This document shows, piece after piece, positions 18,949-26,917 of a DNA stretch of 64,000 bases. The stretch lies in IMG/VR virus record IMGVR_UViG_3300043470_000217, positions 61,558-125,557 of that record; one strand, given 5' to 3'. This DNA comes from a virus. Every line of letters starts with the position of its first letter. Within the stretch, counting starts at the first letter, position 1. The translations under genes and the position numbers were made by a program. The notes under the pieces are model-generated. The model had not been told where the DNA came from and ran no database searches. It saw only the letters and a program-made list of their open reading frames with translations.

Positions 18949-19342
18949 TGTTTTTATATTCTTGTTTTAGTTTAAGTCCTAATTCTATAGCTTCTTCAGA
19001 TGATAGCTTATCATGTATAAAATTGTGGCACATCCTGCATACTGCTTTCCATGTATTAGATTCTAGATAATATTTACTTCTATCTTTACCAGAATAAAGG
19101 TGATGTACATCTGTACTCATTACAGTACATCCAGGAAGTTTAGCTTGACATGTAGGATGTTTAGTTAAAAATTCTACACGCAGTATACTATACTCTTGAT
19201 TCTCTACCATTTTCTTTTTGGAGATTTTAGGTAAAGACTTTGGTTTACTATGCTTGTTAGCACAGTTCTTACAATAGCCTTTACCTAATATCCTTTTCCA
19301 AAAGTTAGGTACAGTAATTCCACAGTCTTGACACTGCTTCAT
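18938..19342 (-). CDS. zinc-binding HNH-like nuclease
   Basis: CxxC pairs, DVHH...N...CRMCHNFIH. Confidence 0.65.
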   Translation of the reverse strand: MKQCQDCGITVPNFWKRILGKGYCKNCANKHSKPKSLPKISKKKMVENQEYSILRVEFLTKHPTCQAKLPGCTVMSTDVHHLYSGKDRSKYYLESNTWKAVCRMCHNFIHDKLSSEEAIELGLKLKQEYKNNDI

Positions 19343-19659
19343 ATTAAATCATCTAGTCCTATATCAAATGCAGCTGATACATCATCATAAAGATCCGGAT
19401 CAGCTTCTCTGATAAGCTCTACAACGGGGTAAAGAATATCATTTACCTGATTCAACATGATGTACATATCATGCTCTTTGAGCTTTTGTATGTTCTCATC
19501 TGTTAAGATCATTGATAGAGTTACAGAGCTACCCATAAAAGGTACAGTAGAATTTATTTGTGCTTCCGCAATAAGTTCTTCAAGTTGTTCTAATTGGATT
19601 AGATTGTTTAAATAACAGAACACAATCTGTCTGTTGTCAAGGCCGTGGAATTTTGTCAT
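19339..19659 (-). CDS. hypothetical protein
   Basis: ORF in operon. Confidence 0.6.
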   Translation of the reverse strand: MTKFHGLDNRQIVFCYLNNLIQLEQLEELIAEAQINSTVPFMGSSVTLSMILTDENIQKLKEHDMYIMLNQVNDILYPVVELIREADPDLYDDVSAAFDIGLDDLI

Positions 19660-20120
19660 GAGATTTGGTAGAAATTAACTGGTAAGATACCACTATCTAT
19701 TAATTTGTCAATGATATCTTTTTTATTGATACCTAAGTCTTTAAATGATAGCGTACATACAAATTTAGGATCTGGTTCTGTATTTTCCCAAAAAGGATTT
19801 AAGAAAGGATGATCCTTAAAGAAATGTCCCAATAAACTATTACTAAATTTAATCATCATCTCTTGTTTCCAGGAGTTTAGAATAAACTGAGTTTTTCTAT
19901 GGGCTTTGATAACCCGTAGTTTTTTAGCTTCAGACATTTCAGTTAGCTCAGCTTCAGTGTACATGCTTAGACCAAAGATGGCTCTCTTGTACAAGAAGTT
20001 CTGATTAGGATTAAAGGGGTCTTTATCATAAACTTGATAAGACTTACCATTAAAGTTCTTTGTGTTTGCTTGGTAGGTAGATAGCTTTCCGCTATACATA
20101 ACCCTGTTTTCTTTTGTCAT
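19656..20120 (-). CDS. hypothetical protein (likely start MTKENR)
   Basis: A-rich leader aaaaaaccacat before the ATG at 20120. Confidence 0.6.
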   Translation of the reverse strand: MTKENRVMYSGKLSTYQANTKNFNGKSYQVYDKDPFNPNQNFLYKRAIFGLSMYTEAELTEMSEAKKLRVIKAHRKTQFILNSWKQEMMIKFSNSLLGHFFKDHPFLNPFWENTEPDPKFVCTLSFKDLGINKKDIIDKLIDSGILPVNFYQIS

Positions 20121-20202
20121 ATGTGGTTTTTTGATTAGAGTAATGTGGTAAAAATAAAAGGGGGCTGTTACACCCCCAATCATCTATGAAAAAAACAAAT
20201 TA

Positions 20203-20769
20203 TTAGAAATCAAATGCTACATCACTTGTTTCTTCTGAAACAGTTTCTATATCAAAGACATCATCACTTGTCTGTTCTACTTCCTCTTCTTTGATAGCTT
20301 GCTTAGCTTCTTTAACTATTTTAGTTACTTCAGCGTCTGCGGTGTTAGAATTAGCAGCACGGATCTCATCAATGTTAGTATGAGCAATTAACTCATCCTC
20401 TTCATTTTTTGATTCAGTGTAATAAGTCTTACGGTAGATTACTTGATCTTCAAACTTACAAGATACACCAGTATCACCAGCAAATTTGATATCACGATCA
20501 GGATCTTCAGCATTAAATGGTTCTAATGATTCTTTGATGATAATTTGACCAGATAATTCATAACCATCTTTCAAGTTCATTTGCTTTGCCATCTCGCTTA
20601 ACTCTTCAGTTACACCGGGAATAAAAGCAGTGCGTGCTTTCTTACGCATCCAGCCTTTACTAAAAGAGAATGTAGATTGTTCTACACGGATACTTGCATA
20701 CTCAGGATTGTTAGTAGACACACGGACTACGTTGCCGAACTCATCAGCAACAACTTTAACTTTGTTCAT
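20203..20769 (-). CDS. putative SSB-like protein with acidic tail
   Basis: Beta-rich core, long acidic tail ending FDF, flanked by terminator hairpins. Confidence 0.4.
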   Translation of the reverse strand: MNKVKVVADEFGNVVRVSTNNPEYASIRVEQSTFSFSKGWMRKKARTAFIPGVTEELSEMAKQMNLKDGYELSGQIIIKESLEPFNAEDPDRDIKFAGDTGVSCKFEDQVIYRKTYYTESKNEEDELIAHTNIDEIRAANSNTADAEVTKIVKEAKQAIKEEEVEQTSDDVFDIETVSEETSDVAFDF

Positions 20770-20827
20770 AATATTTTTTAGGGTTTTTTAAATTTTAAAT
20801 TGCATAAAAAAACCGGCTGTTAACCGG

Positions 20828-21079
20828 TTACATATCTGGAAGTAAATCTTCCGGGAGTATATCAGCTTCAAACTCTGAAGGATCTATCTCCTCTATCTCT
20901 AATTCTTCTATTTCTAGAATGGTAATTGTTGTATTATTAATTGATGCTCCAAAAAACGGATCTTCAACTACATCCCCGGCATTAAGGCACATCAGGTATT
21001 GTAAATCATCATCTGTACAGTCTAAATACTGCTCTACAGATAACTCTATTACTTTACCATTCCTTAATTGGTACAACAT
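20828..21079 (-). CDS. small acidic hypothetical protein
   Basis: TATATTTG promoter at 21086-21093; very acidic C-terminus. Confidence 0.6.
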   Translation of the reverse strand: MLYQLRNGKVIELSVEQYLDCTDDDLQYLMCLNAGDVVEDPFFGASINNTTITILEIEELEIEEIDPSEFEADILPEDLLPDM

Positions 21080-21150
21080 CTCATTCAAATATATGCTCTA
21101 GTTAAGTAAATTAACTATGGCATATAGAACTTATTTCTATTATAAAGCTA

Positions 21151-21588
21151 TTACCAGGTAATTTTAATACCTCTTGGCAACATTTCAATATCAATAAGTA
21201 AAGCATTACCCTCTTCACCAATAACTAAACTAATAGGTTTATCAGCTTTGATGTTCTTGATTTTGTGAGTAACAGGCTTAATTAACTCAGGTTTAGCAGT
21301 AACAGCAACTACTTTATCTAATACTTCTACATTAGTACTAGTAATAGTCTTTGCTTTGTGCCAAAATCCAGGTGATTTAGCTTCTACAATGTCCTTACAC
21401 TTACGCATATAGCCTTTTTGACCATGTGTTAAGTGTTTTTTAGCATACTTCTTTACTGATTTTGTTGCAAATTTTACAACAACATCTTTGTCATACCCAG
21501 TAATGATCTGGATAGCATCTAATTCAAAACCATACTTCTGTAGGTTGTGAATTCTTTTTGAGATTAATTTGGTTTCTGTATTATTCAT
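21151..21588 (-). CDS. hypothetical basic protein
   Basis: 145-aa ORF. Confidence 0.6.
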   Translation of the reverse strand: MNNTETKLISKRIHNLQKYGFELDAIQIITGYDKDVVVKFATKSVKKYAKKHLTHGQKGYMRKCKDIVEAKSPGFWHKAKTITSTNVEVLDKVVAVTAKPELIKPVTHKIKNIKADKPISLVIGEEGNALLIDIEMLPRGIKITW

Positions 21589-21696
21589 GATAGTGATTTT
21601 TTATATATAATGGTAAGGTAGCTGTGTTAGAAAAAGGGCCAGGATTTCTCCCAGCCCTTATAAACTAACTCTCTAATCAACTACCACATTGCGAGC

Positions 21697-22191
21697 TTAT
21701 TTTGCGGCTCTAAGAGCACTTAGGTAGGAAGGATCAGATGCATAAACGCCATCAATTTTACGTAGATACTTGTTCTGTATATCAATATAACATCTTACAT
21801 TGTCTCTGTAAGTCTTATACTTTGCATATACACCATGTTTGCCATCTACATACTTACACTTATGGTAAGTTAATCCAAACATGTTTTTTGCTTGCATACC
21901 AACATTACTTTTACCAATGCTAGATTCAATCTTAGCTTGGGCAACAGCAACAGCCGGTAATACACAACCATACTTCACTAATTCTGCAGTTAATCCAGAA
22001 TCAGTAAGCTTCATATCTTCCACAGTCTTTTCAATTGTAACTGTATCTTTAACAACAGATACAATCTCAGTACTTAAATCTAACATAGATGTAAATAACA
22101 AGATCACATTCAGTGATAAAGAAGCAATTAATAGTTTCTTGTAAGATCTGCTCTTACTTAAACTTAAATCATCATTTACTTTTAATATCAT
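21697..22191 (-). CDS. GH73 glucosaminidase-like peptidoglycan hydrolase with N-terminal TM anchor
   Basis: AQAKIES catalytic Glu motif, KNMFGL, YAKY, YASDPSY. Confidence 0.8.
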   Translation of the reverse strand: MILKVNDDLSLSKSRSYKKLLIASLSLNVILLFTSMLDLSTEIVSVVKDTVTIEKTVEDMKLTDSGLTAELVKYGCVLPAVAVAQAKIESSIGKSNVGMQAKNMFGLTYHKCKYVDGKHGVYAKYKTYRDNVRCYIDIQNKYLRKIDGVYASDPSYLSALRAAK

Positions 22192-22270
22192 AACTTTCTT
22201 TTTAAAAAAGGGAGTATCCGTATATACTCCCTATGTGTCAAACTATGCTAAACTAATAGAACACCAATAC

Positions 22271-22417
22271 TTATACGGAGTATTGGTATTTTACCATTGT
22301 AATTCTTTGTCCCTGCTTCACCATTAAACCAATAATAGTGCCATTCTGGGATACTGTACCAATAATTTTACCTTCAATTACTGGTCTTGGGGTTACATAA
22401 TCTGTTGTTTTTATCAT
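22271..22417 (-). CDS. small hypothetical protein
   Basis: Likely start MIKTTD. Confidence 0.4.
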   Translation of the reverse strand: MIKTTDYVTPRPVIEGKIIGTVSQNGTIIGLMVKQGQRITMVKYQYSV

Positions 22418-22715
22418 AAAATAGGGTTTTATTAGGGTAATATTTAACAATTTTCTCAATGTATCTATCATTTAAAATGTACTGTACATCATAGTCATCT
22501 GACTTCATAGTAATCATGAGCTTAAGATCTGATAGCTTCATAACATATGCACTATCTACACCTTCTTCTTCTGCAATACTAATAACAGCAGCGCTATCAT
22601 CAGTGGTTAGTCTATAACATAAAAATCCATTAAACCGGATTTTTACAGTCTGACTATACAAGTCATTACCAAGGAAGATCAATAGGAGCGTCAATAACTT
22701 CAACAGTTTGGTCAT
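22374..22715 (-). CDS. putative secreted protein
   Basis: Signal-peptide-like N-terminus. Confidence 0.55.
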   Translation of the reverse strand: MTKLLKLLTLLLIFLGNDLYSQTVKIRFNGFLCYRLTTDDSAAVISIAEEEGVDSAYVMKLSDLKLMITMKSDDYDVQYILNDRYIEKIVKYYPNKTLFYDKNNRLCNPKTSN

Positions 22716-23289
22716 ATTTAAAAGATTTTTTAGAGGAATTAATTGTTTGATGGGTCATACTATTTGTATTATAGGTAATAAGCCTACAATTCATAGAAGT
22801 AAGTAAAGTATTTAGCTCTACGGGATCACAAGTTTTAGATTGTTTAAGTACTGTTCTAAACTCTTGCCAAAATCCTCTCATAGATTGATAAAGTCCCATT
22901 ATACTATCACCATGTAGATTACTTACCTTTTGTTTAAATGCTAAGTAACCATAGTAATTATCTTTTGAGAACTTAATGTCTATAATGTTTAAGTCTAAAT
23001 CTTTATTCCAATCTACCATTGCTTTTTCATAAGCTGGTTTTCCTTTAACAGTTCTTTTATGATCATTCCAATATGTAGGAGATTGTAGATTAATAACAAA
23101 ATGTTTTTCTGGTAATGCTTCTAACCATTTAGTAGGACCAACATTAAAGTAGATACCTAGTTGTTTATTCTCTGGCTCATACATCCAGTGCCATCCAATA
23201 TAACTTACTGTTATTGCTGTACCTCCATGTTTTTCATCATGGAAGCAACTTACTGCTTTAGGTTTTTTAAATGTAAATGAATTTGTCAT
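22666..23289 (-). CDS. hypothetical protein
   Basis: 207-aa ORF ending IDLPW. Confidence 0.65.
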   Translation of the reverse strand: MTNSFTFKKPKAVSCFHDEKHGGTAITVSYIGWHWMYEPENKQLGIYFNVGPTKWLEALPEKHFVINLQSPTYWNDHKRTVKGKPAYEKAMVDWNKDLDLNIIDIKFSKDNYYGYLAFKQKVSNLHGDSIMGLYQSMRGFWQEFRTVLKQSKTCDPVELNTLLTSMNCRLITYNTNSMTHQTINSSKKSFKYDQTVEVIDAPIDLPW

Positions 23290-23372
23290 AGTTTTTTAAA
23301 TTAAAAAAGGGGTGCTCGTATACACCCCAGGTAGAAATATAACTGAAAACATGATGGACTGCAGTATACGAC

Positions 23373-23619
23373 CTACAGTCCACCAATTCCGGATACCATG
23401 TCATCCCACATCTCTTTAGTATATCCAGAGATAATTAATTCTCTTTCATCTACAGATAGATAAGGGAAAGCTGATTGTACGTGTCCACCTTGTACATAGA
23501 AGTTTAAATCTACATGGTTAACAGGTCCCAGCTCATGTTCTCCGCCTTTGACATCTTTAACAAGAAGAATGATTTTACCATCCTCTTCAGTTTTCCGGTA
23601 TGCAAGTATCTGACTCATA
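23373..23619 (-). CDS. conserved phage hypothetical protein
   Basis: VQSAFPYLSVDERELIISG...WD motif. Confidence 0.65.
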
Positions 23620-23802
23620 TTAATCTTCCATAAAATTACCAAAGAAAATAAGAGAACAGGCTAAACATACCATCAAGGCAACAGCACCATACAGGTAATT
23701 AATATTACCGGTAGCAATTAATAATACCATTGTACAAATCTGTGTAATGGCAACAGCAGTCATAAGCCATGCAAATAGCTTTTTAAAGTTAAAATTTTTC
23801 AT
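23620..23802 (-). CDS. small two-TM membrane protein
   Basis: Start MKNFNFKK after an A-rich leader; two hydrophobic helices. Confidence 0.6.
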   Translation of the reverse strand: MKNFNFKKLFAWLMTAVAITQICTMVLLIATGNINYLYGAVALMVCLACSLIFFGNFMED

Positions 23803-23836
23803 ATGTGGTTTTTTAGTTGATTGTTTAATAAAAAAA

Positions 23837-23873
23837 GTCCTGGAAGCAGATCTTACGGTATGCAACCAGGAAC
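23837..23873 (-). ncRNA. hairpin / terminator-like element 3' of tRNA-like RNA A
   Basis: UCCUGG-UU-GCA-(UACCGUAAGAUC)-UGC-UU-CCAGGA followed by a U run. Confidence 0.45.
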
Positions 23874-23878
23874 ATTTG

Positions 23879-23972
23879 TAACAGAGACAGGATTTGAACC
23901 TGTGTAAAGTTTACAAGCTTTAACTACCACATTCATTAGTGGTATGCGTTATACCTATTCCGCCACTCTGTT
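23879..23972 (-). ncRNA. tRNA-like RNA A (Leu-type body, enlarged anticodon loop)
   Basis: Acceptor AACAGAG/CUCUGUU + A73, D arm GCG..CGC with GG, T arm ACAGG-UUCAAAU-CCUGU, long variable arm; anticodon stem UACCAC/GUGGUA closes an 8-nt loop UAAUGAAU. Confidence 0.8.
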
Positions 23973-23976
23973 ATTT

Positions 23977-24024
23977 TGCTGTCTTTCCAGCAGTCAACCA
24001 GTGTTCATTTAAAATGCTCTTGGC
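23977..24024 (-). ncRNA. two-hairpin structured spacer RNA
   Basis: GCCA..CAUUU/AAAUG..UGGU followed by UGCUG-GAAAGA-CAGCA. Confidence 0.45.
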
Positions 24025-24029
24025 TTTCG

Positions 24030-24122
24030 TAGTCAGGACAGGACTCGAACCTGTAAGCTTTTTGCCTTAACAAAGGTATCGGACAGAGAATCCAAAAGCG
24101 TCTACCATTCCGCCACCTGACT
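24030..24122 (-). ncRNA. tRNA-like RNA B (Leu-type body, non-canonical anticodon arm)
   Basis: Acceptor AGUCAGG/CCUGACU + A73, D arm GCG-GAAUGGUAGA-CGC, T arm ACAGG-UUCGAGU-CCUGU; loop UUCUCUG lacks purine 37. Confidence 0.8.
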
Positions 24123-24126
24123 ATTT

Positions 24127-24227
24127 AATGTTATTATTGAGTTTACCCACTTATAAATCATAAGCGTTTGCAACCACTTATGGTATTCCTCATTTATTCC
24201 GTTCTTAGCTGTGAGTCTAATAACATT
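24127..24227 (-). ncRNA. ~100-nt structured RNA between tRNA-like RNAs
   Basis: Closing stem AAUGUUAUUA/UAAUAACAUU; inner CAUAAGUG-GUUGCAAA-CGCUUAUG; UGAG/CUCA and UACC/GGUA. Confidence 0.55.
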
Positions 24228-24229
24228 TG

Positions 24230-24302
24230 TACCAGAGACAGGACTTGAACCTGTATCAATGCAGAGAGCTACTCCACAGCGTCACCATTGCGCCACTCTG
24301 GT
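24230..24302 (-). ncRNA. tRNA-like RNA C (short variable region, aberrant anticodon arm)
   Basis: Acceptor ACCAGAG/CUCUGGU + A73, D arm GCG..CGC, T arm ACAGG-UUCAAGU-CCUGU; anticodon loop GUAGCUC (or 5-nt UAGCU). Confidence 0.8.
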
Positions 24303-24308
24303 AAATAA

Positions 24309-24326
24309 GGGGGCCCGAAGACCCCC
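24309..24326 (-). terminator. UUCG hairpin / terminator between ORF 24335 and the RNA array
   Basis: GGGGGUC-UUCG-GGCCCCC followed by UUAUUU. Confidence 0.6.
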
Positions 24327-24334
24327 ATAATAAA

Positions 24335-24673
24335 TTAGAAGTTGTTGGTCAACAATGCTTCAAAGTAAGCAATGCTTTCTTTGGTTGACTCTAAATCTTC
24401 TGTTCTAGCATCCAATGTTCCTTGAGCACGTTGGATACCTTGTACATACTCACGGTTGTCTGTAAATACAGCAGTAGGGAATACAGCTACGTTAAATGCT
24501 TCTTGAGCATCTTCTACAGCTGTTTCATCATCAACTAGTTTTGCTTTTAAGGCAGCCAATTGACCGTTAATAGCACTAAGTGCTTTACGTTCTACTTTTG
24601 CAGCTACAACACCTGCTTCGTCACCCTTCAAACGGGCTGTTACTTCTTTCATGAAATTTGATACTTTTGACAT
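24335..24673 (-). CDS. coiled-coil hypothetical protein (start MSKVSN)
   Basis: All-helical sequence with an A-rich leader. Confidence 0.7.
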   Translation of the reverse strand: MSKVSNFMKEVTARLKGDEAGVVAAKVERKALSAINGQLAALKAKLVDDETAVEDAQEAFNVAVFPTAVFTDNREYVQGIQRAQGTLDARTEDLESTKESIAYFEALLTNNF

Positions 24674-24695
24674 ATGTTTAGGTTTTTTTGTTTGT

Positions 24696-26111
24696 TTAAT
24701 AAGTGTTTGCAATAATAAGTTTTCTTTTTGGTTTTTTGCGCAAAGTTACAGGAGCTTGGTCATACTTTGCTAATGGATCTTCTTCTTTTACAGAAGGACT
24801 TCCGTGTTCTTGTATTTTCCAAGTATCTAAAAGAAGATTAGTAGAAAAAATAGTTCCTGATGATGTTATAGGGAAATCAGTTCCTGAAGTACTTTTATGT
24901 ATTTTTATGCCTAATCCAAGATCATCATACTCATAGAACTCACACTCAAGCATAGAGTATTCACCTTCTTTACAAGTTACCGTTATTTTGTAACAGTTAT
25001 TGTCAGGTTTATACTTGATATACTCTTTAATAGTTCCTACATAACCATACTGATTATTTCCACCATAATGGTAACCACCACCATAACATTCTGATCTTGA
25101 CTTGTAAGTAACTCTATCTCCTACTTTAAATCTTTGAGGTTTCATTTCTGGTTCTTTAGGTTCTACTTTTGCTTCTACACCTTCATGAATTACTTCATAG
25201 TCAGTGTTTTTAAAATTCCAGCCTGAATAGGTAAAACTTTTATCAGGTCTAAAATCAGATTCACGAATCTGAAGATAAGTACCTAAGTACTTATTCATAT
25301 TACCTTCAGAGTTCCATCCTCTAGGATATCCTTTACTTCCAAATGTATACCAGAGATCTTTAGCCTTAAACTCCTCTTCTGTAAAAATTCTAACAGTTAC
25401 ATAACCTTCTTTAGGAAGAGGAATAGTAGGAGTACTAGGAGTACTAGGCTTAGATACAGTCTCAGATTCTTCTTTAGAAACCAGTTTAAGATGTGATGGA
25501 AGATACCATCGTCCTGTATGATCTGGACAGTGTCCATCTAAGGTATGTCCACCAAGGCTTGCACCTAAAGGGCAATGTACACCTACACTAGAACTACTAA
25601 GAGCTCTTACAATACATTCCCTACCCTTAAAATTATCACAGTCAGGAATAACAATATCACCGATAGTGAATCCATGCCTAGACTCAGAAGAAATAGACTT
25701 AGAAGTTTCAACAGGCTTAACAAATTCTTCATAAGGAGCTAAGATCATCTGAGTATCTGTACGAAAAACAGATTCAGTACCATCTTCTCTTCCTACACTC
25801 CAATAATCTGAGTTGCCTTCATGTATGCCTACAATAACTCCTCTTTTATTACACCAATCCTGATGATCTTGAGTAATAATAACTCTGTCACCAGGTTCAG
25901 GAGTCCATTTAGGATAAAGTACTTTCCAATGCTCTGCTATTTCTTCTGCAGTAGCTGGTCTATAACCATTATCCATAGAAGAGGATTGATTAGCCCAATA
26001 AGATCCTGAGTAAATGTTAAACTCACCAGAAGATATTTGATAACCAATTTTGTCTATAGAGGCTGGACTGAAAGGACGACCAGTGGTCCAAATAATTTTT
26101 AAGTTTGCCAT
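24696..26111 (-). CDS. modular protein with repeated small SH3/KOW-like domains
   Basis: Repeated PGDRV / IGDIV / VGDRV starts separated by Pro/Ser/Thr-rich linkers. Confidence 0.6.
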   Translation of the reverse strand: MANLKIIWTTGRPFSPASIDKIGYQISSGEFNIYSGSYWANQSSSMDNGYRPATAEEIAEHWKVLYPKWTPEPGDRVIITQDHQDWCNKRGVIVGIHEGNSDYWSVGREDGTESVFRTDTQMILAPYEEFVKPVETSKSISSESRHGFTIGDIVIPDCDNFKGRECIVRALSSSSVGVHCPLGASLGGHTLDGHCPDHTGRWYLPSHLKLVSKEESETVSKPSTPSTPTIPLPKEGYVTVRIFTEEEFKAKDLWYTFGSKGYPRGWNSEGNMNKYLGTYLQIRESDFRPDKSFTYSGWNFKNTDYEVIHEGVEAKVEPKEPEMKPQRFKVGDRVTYKSRSECYGGGYHYGGNNQYGYVGTIKEYIKYKPDNNCYKITVTCKEGEYSMLECEFYEYDDLGLGIKIHKSTSGTDFPITSSGTIFSTNLLLDTWKIQEHGSPSVKEEDPLAKYDQAPVTLRKKPKRKLIIANTY

Positions 26112-26113
26112 AG

Positions 26114-26590
26114 TTAACTCATTAAAGGGTTTGCTTGTTTTATTAGTTTATGAAAGTTCTCTAAGAATTCTTCTGCAATTTTCTTAGATTGAAATGAAAG
26201 AAACTTATGAGTAGTGTACCAAACATCTACTATAACTTTATCTTTATGAAAATTTACACACCATTTAGTACTTTTTTCATCATTCCAATCAGGAACCCAT
26301 CCTTGACGGTAAACTTCACGTAGTTGTGATAACTGAGCAAATGCAAGACATGCATTAGCTTGTCTCTCTGTTACAAACATGTTTCTATTATCAATGTATG
26401 TTTTTGTATCCCTTTCATATTCAATATGACAACAGTCACCAACAAAATAGCCAGATATATTTTCTAATTCTCCCCAATTCTTAGGAAGATTAGATTCAAT
26501 CTTTTTAAATGCAACAAGCCCTTTTGTCAAGTCACTGTTCTTTTGGTCAATTTCATAACCATCTGGGATTTCAATATTAAATGTTTTCAT
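26114..26590 (-). CDS. conserved Bacteroidetes-phage hypothetical protein
   Basis: IEIPDGYEID...LPKNWGE...QLSQLR..Y..GW.PDW...FLSF. Confidence 0.7.
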   Translation of the reverse strand: MKTFNIEIPDGYEIDQKNSDLTKGLVAFKKIESNLPKNWGELENISGYFVGDCCHIEYERDTKTYIDNRNMFVTERQANACLAFAQLSQLREVYRQGWVPDWNDEKSTKWCVNFHKDKVIVDVWYTTHKFLSFQSKKIAEEFLENFHKLIKQANPLMS

Positions 26591-26619
26591 AGTTTTAGGG
26601 TTTTAAGATTAATAAAAAA

Positions 26620-26820
26620 ACAAACTCTCCTGCATGATCACCATGCTTTTGGATTTTACTGAACATAGTTTACTGTTCACCTGATTACTTAAAGTGCGCA
26701 CTGGCAGAGCAGGGTCCATCACATTATACCTTGGGTCATGATTACTTAATCGGGTAATTACTCCCATAAAGCCAAGGTCTCTTTCAACGGTGCTAATCCG
26801 TCTTATGTAAGAGAGTTTGT
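26620..26820 (-). ncRNA. ~200-nt structured RNA directly 3' of tRNA-Leu
   Basis: Terminal stem ACAAACUCUC/GAGAGUUUGU followed by a U run; inner stems ACGG/CCGU, ACCUUGG/CCAAGGU, UGAACA/UGUUCA. Confidence 0.6.
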
Positions 26821-26824
26821 TTTG

Positions 26825-26910
26825 TACTACTAGTGGGAATCGAACCCACACTGACATTGCTGTCAACAGGATTTTAAGTCCTGCGCGTCTACCTATTCCG
26901 CCATAGTAGT
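26825..26910 (-). tRNA. trnL-UAA: tRNA-Leu (anticodon UAA)
   Basis: ACUACUA/UAGUAGU acceptor, CAGGA-CUUAAAA-UCCUG anticodon arm, variable arm UGACA-GCAA-UGUCA, GUGGG-UUCGAUU-CCCAC T arm; CCA not encoded. Confidence 0.95.
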
Positions 26911-26917
26911 GTACATG

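Noticed and set aside
23620-23865. Upstream extensions of ORFs 23620, 24335, 19656, 8959 and 29017 given in the ORF track
   Set aside because: A-rich leaders, promoter positions or RNA elements indicate later ATG starts
23837-24302. CRISPR array or theta/HDV ribozymes at the tRNA-like repeats
   Set aside because: The repeated parts are tRNA arms rather than identical direct repeats, and I could not build an HDV nested double pseudoknot at any tRNA 3' end
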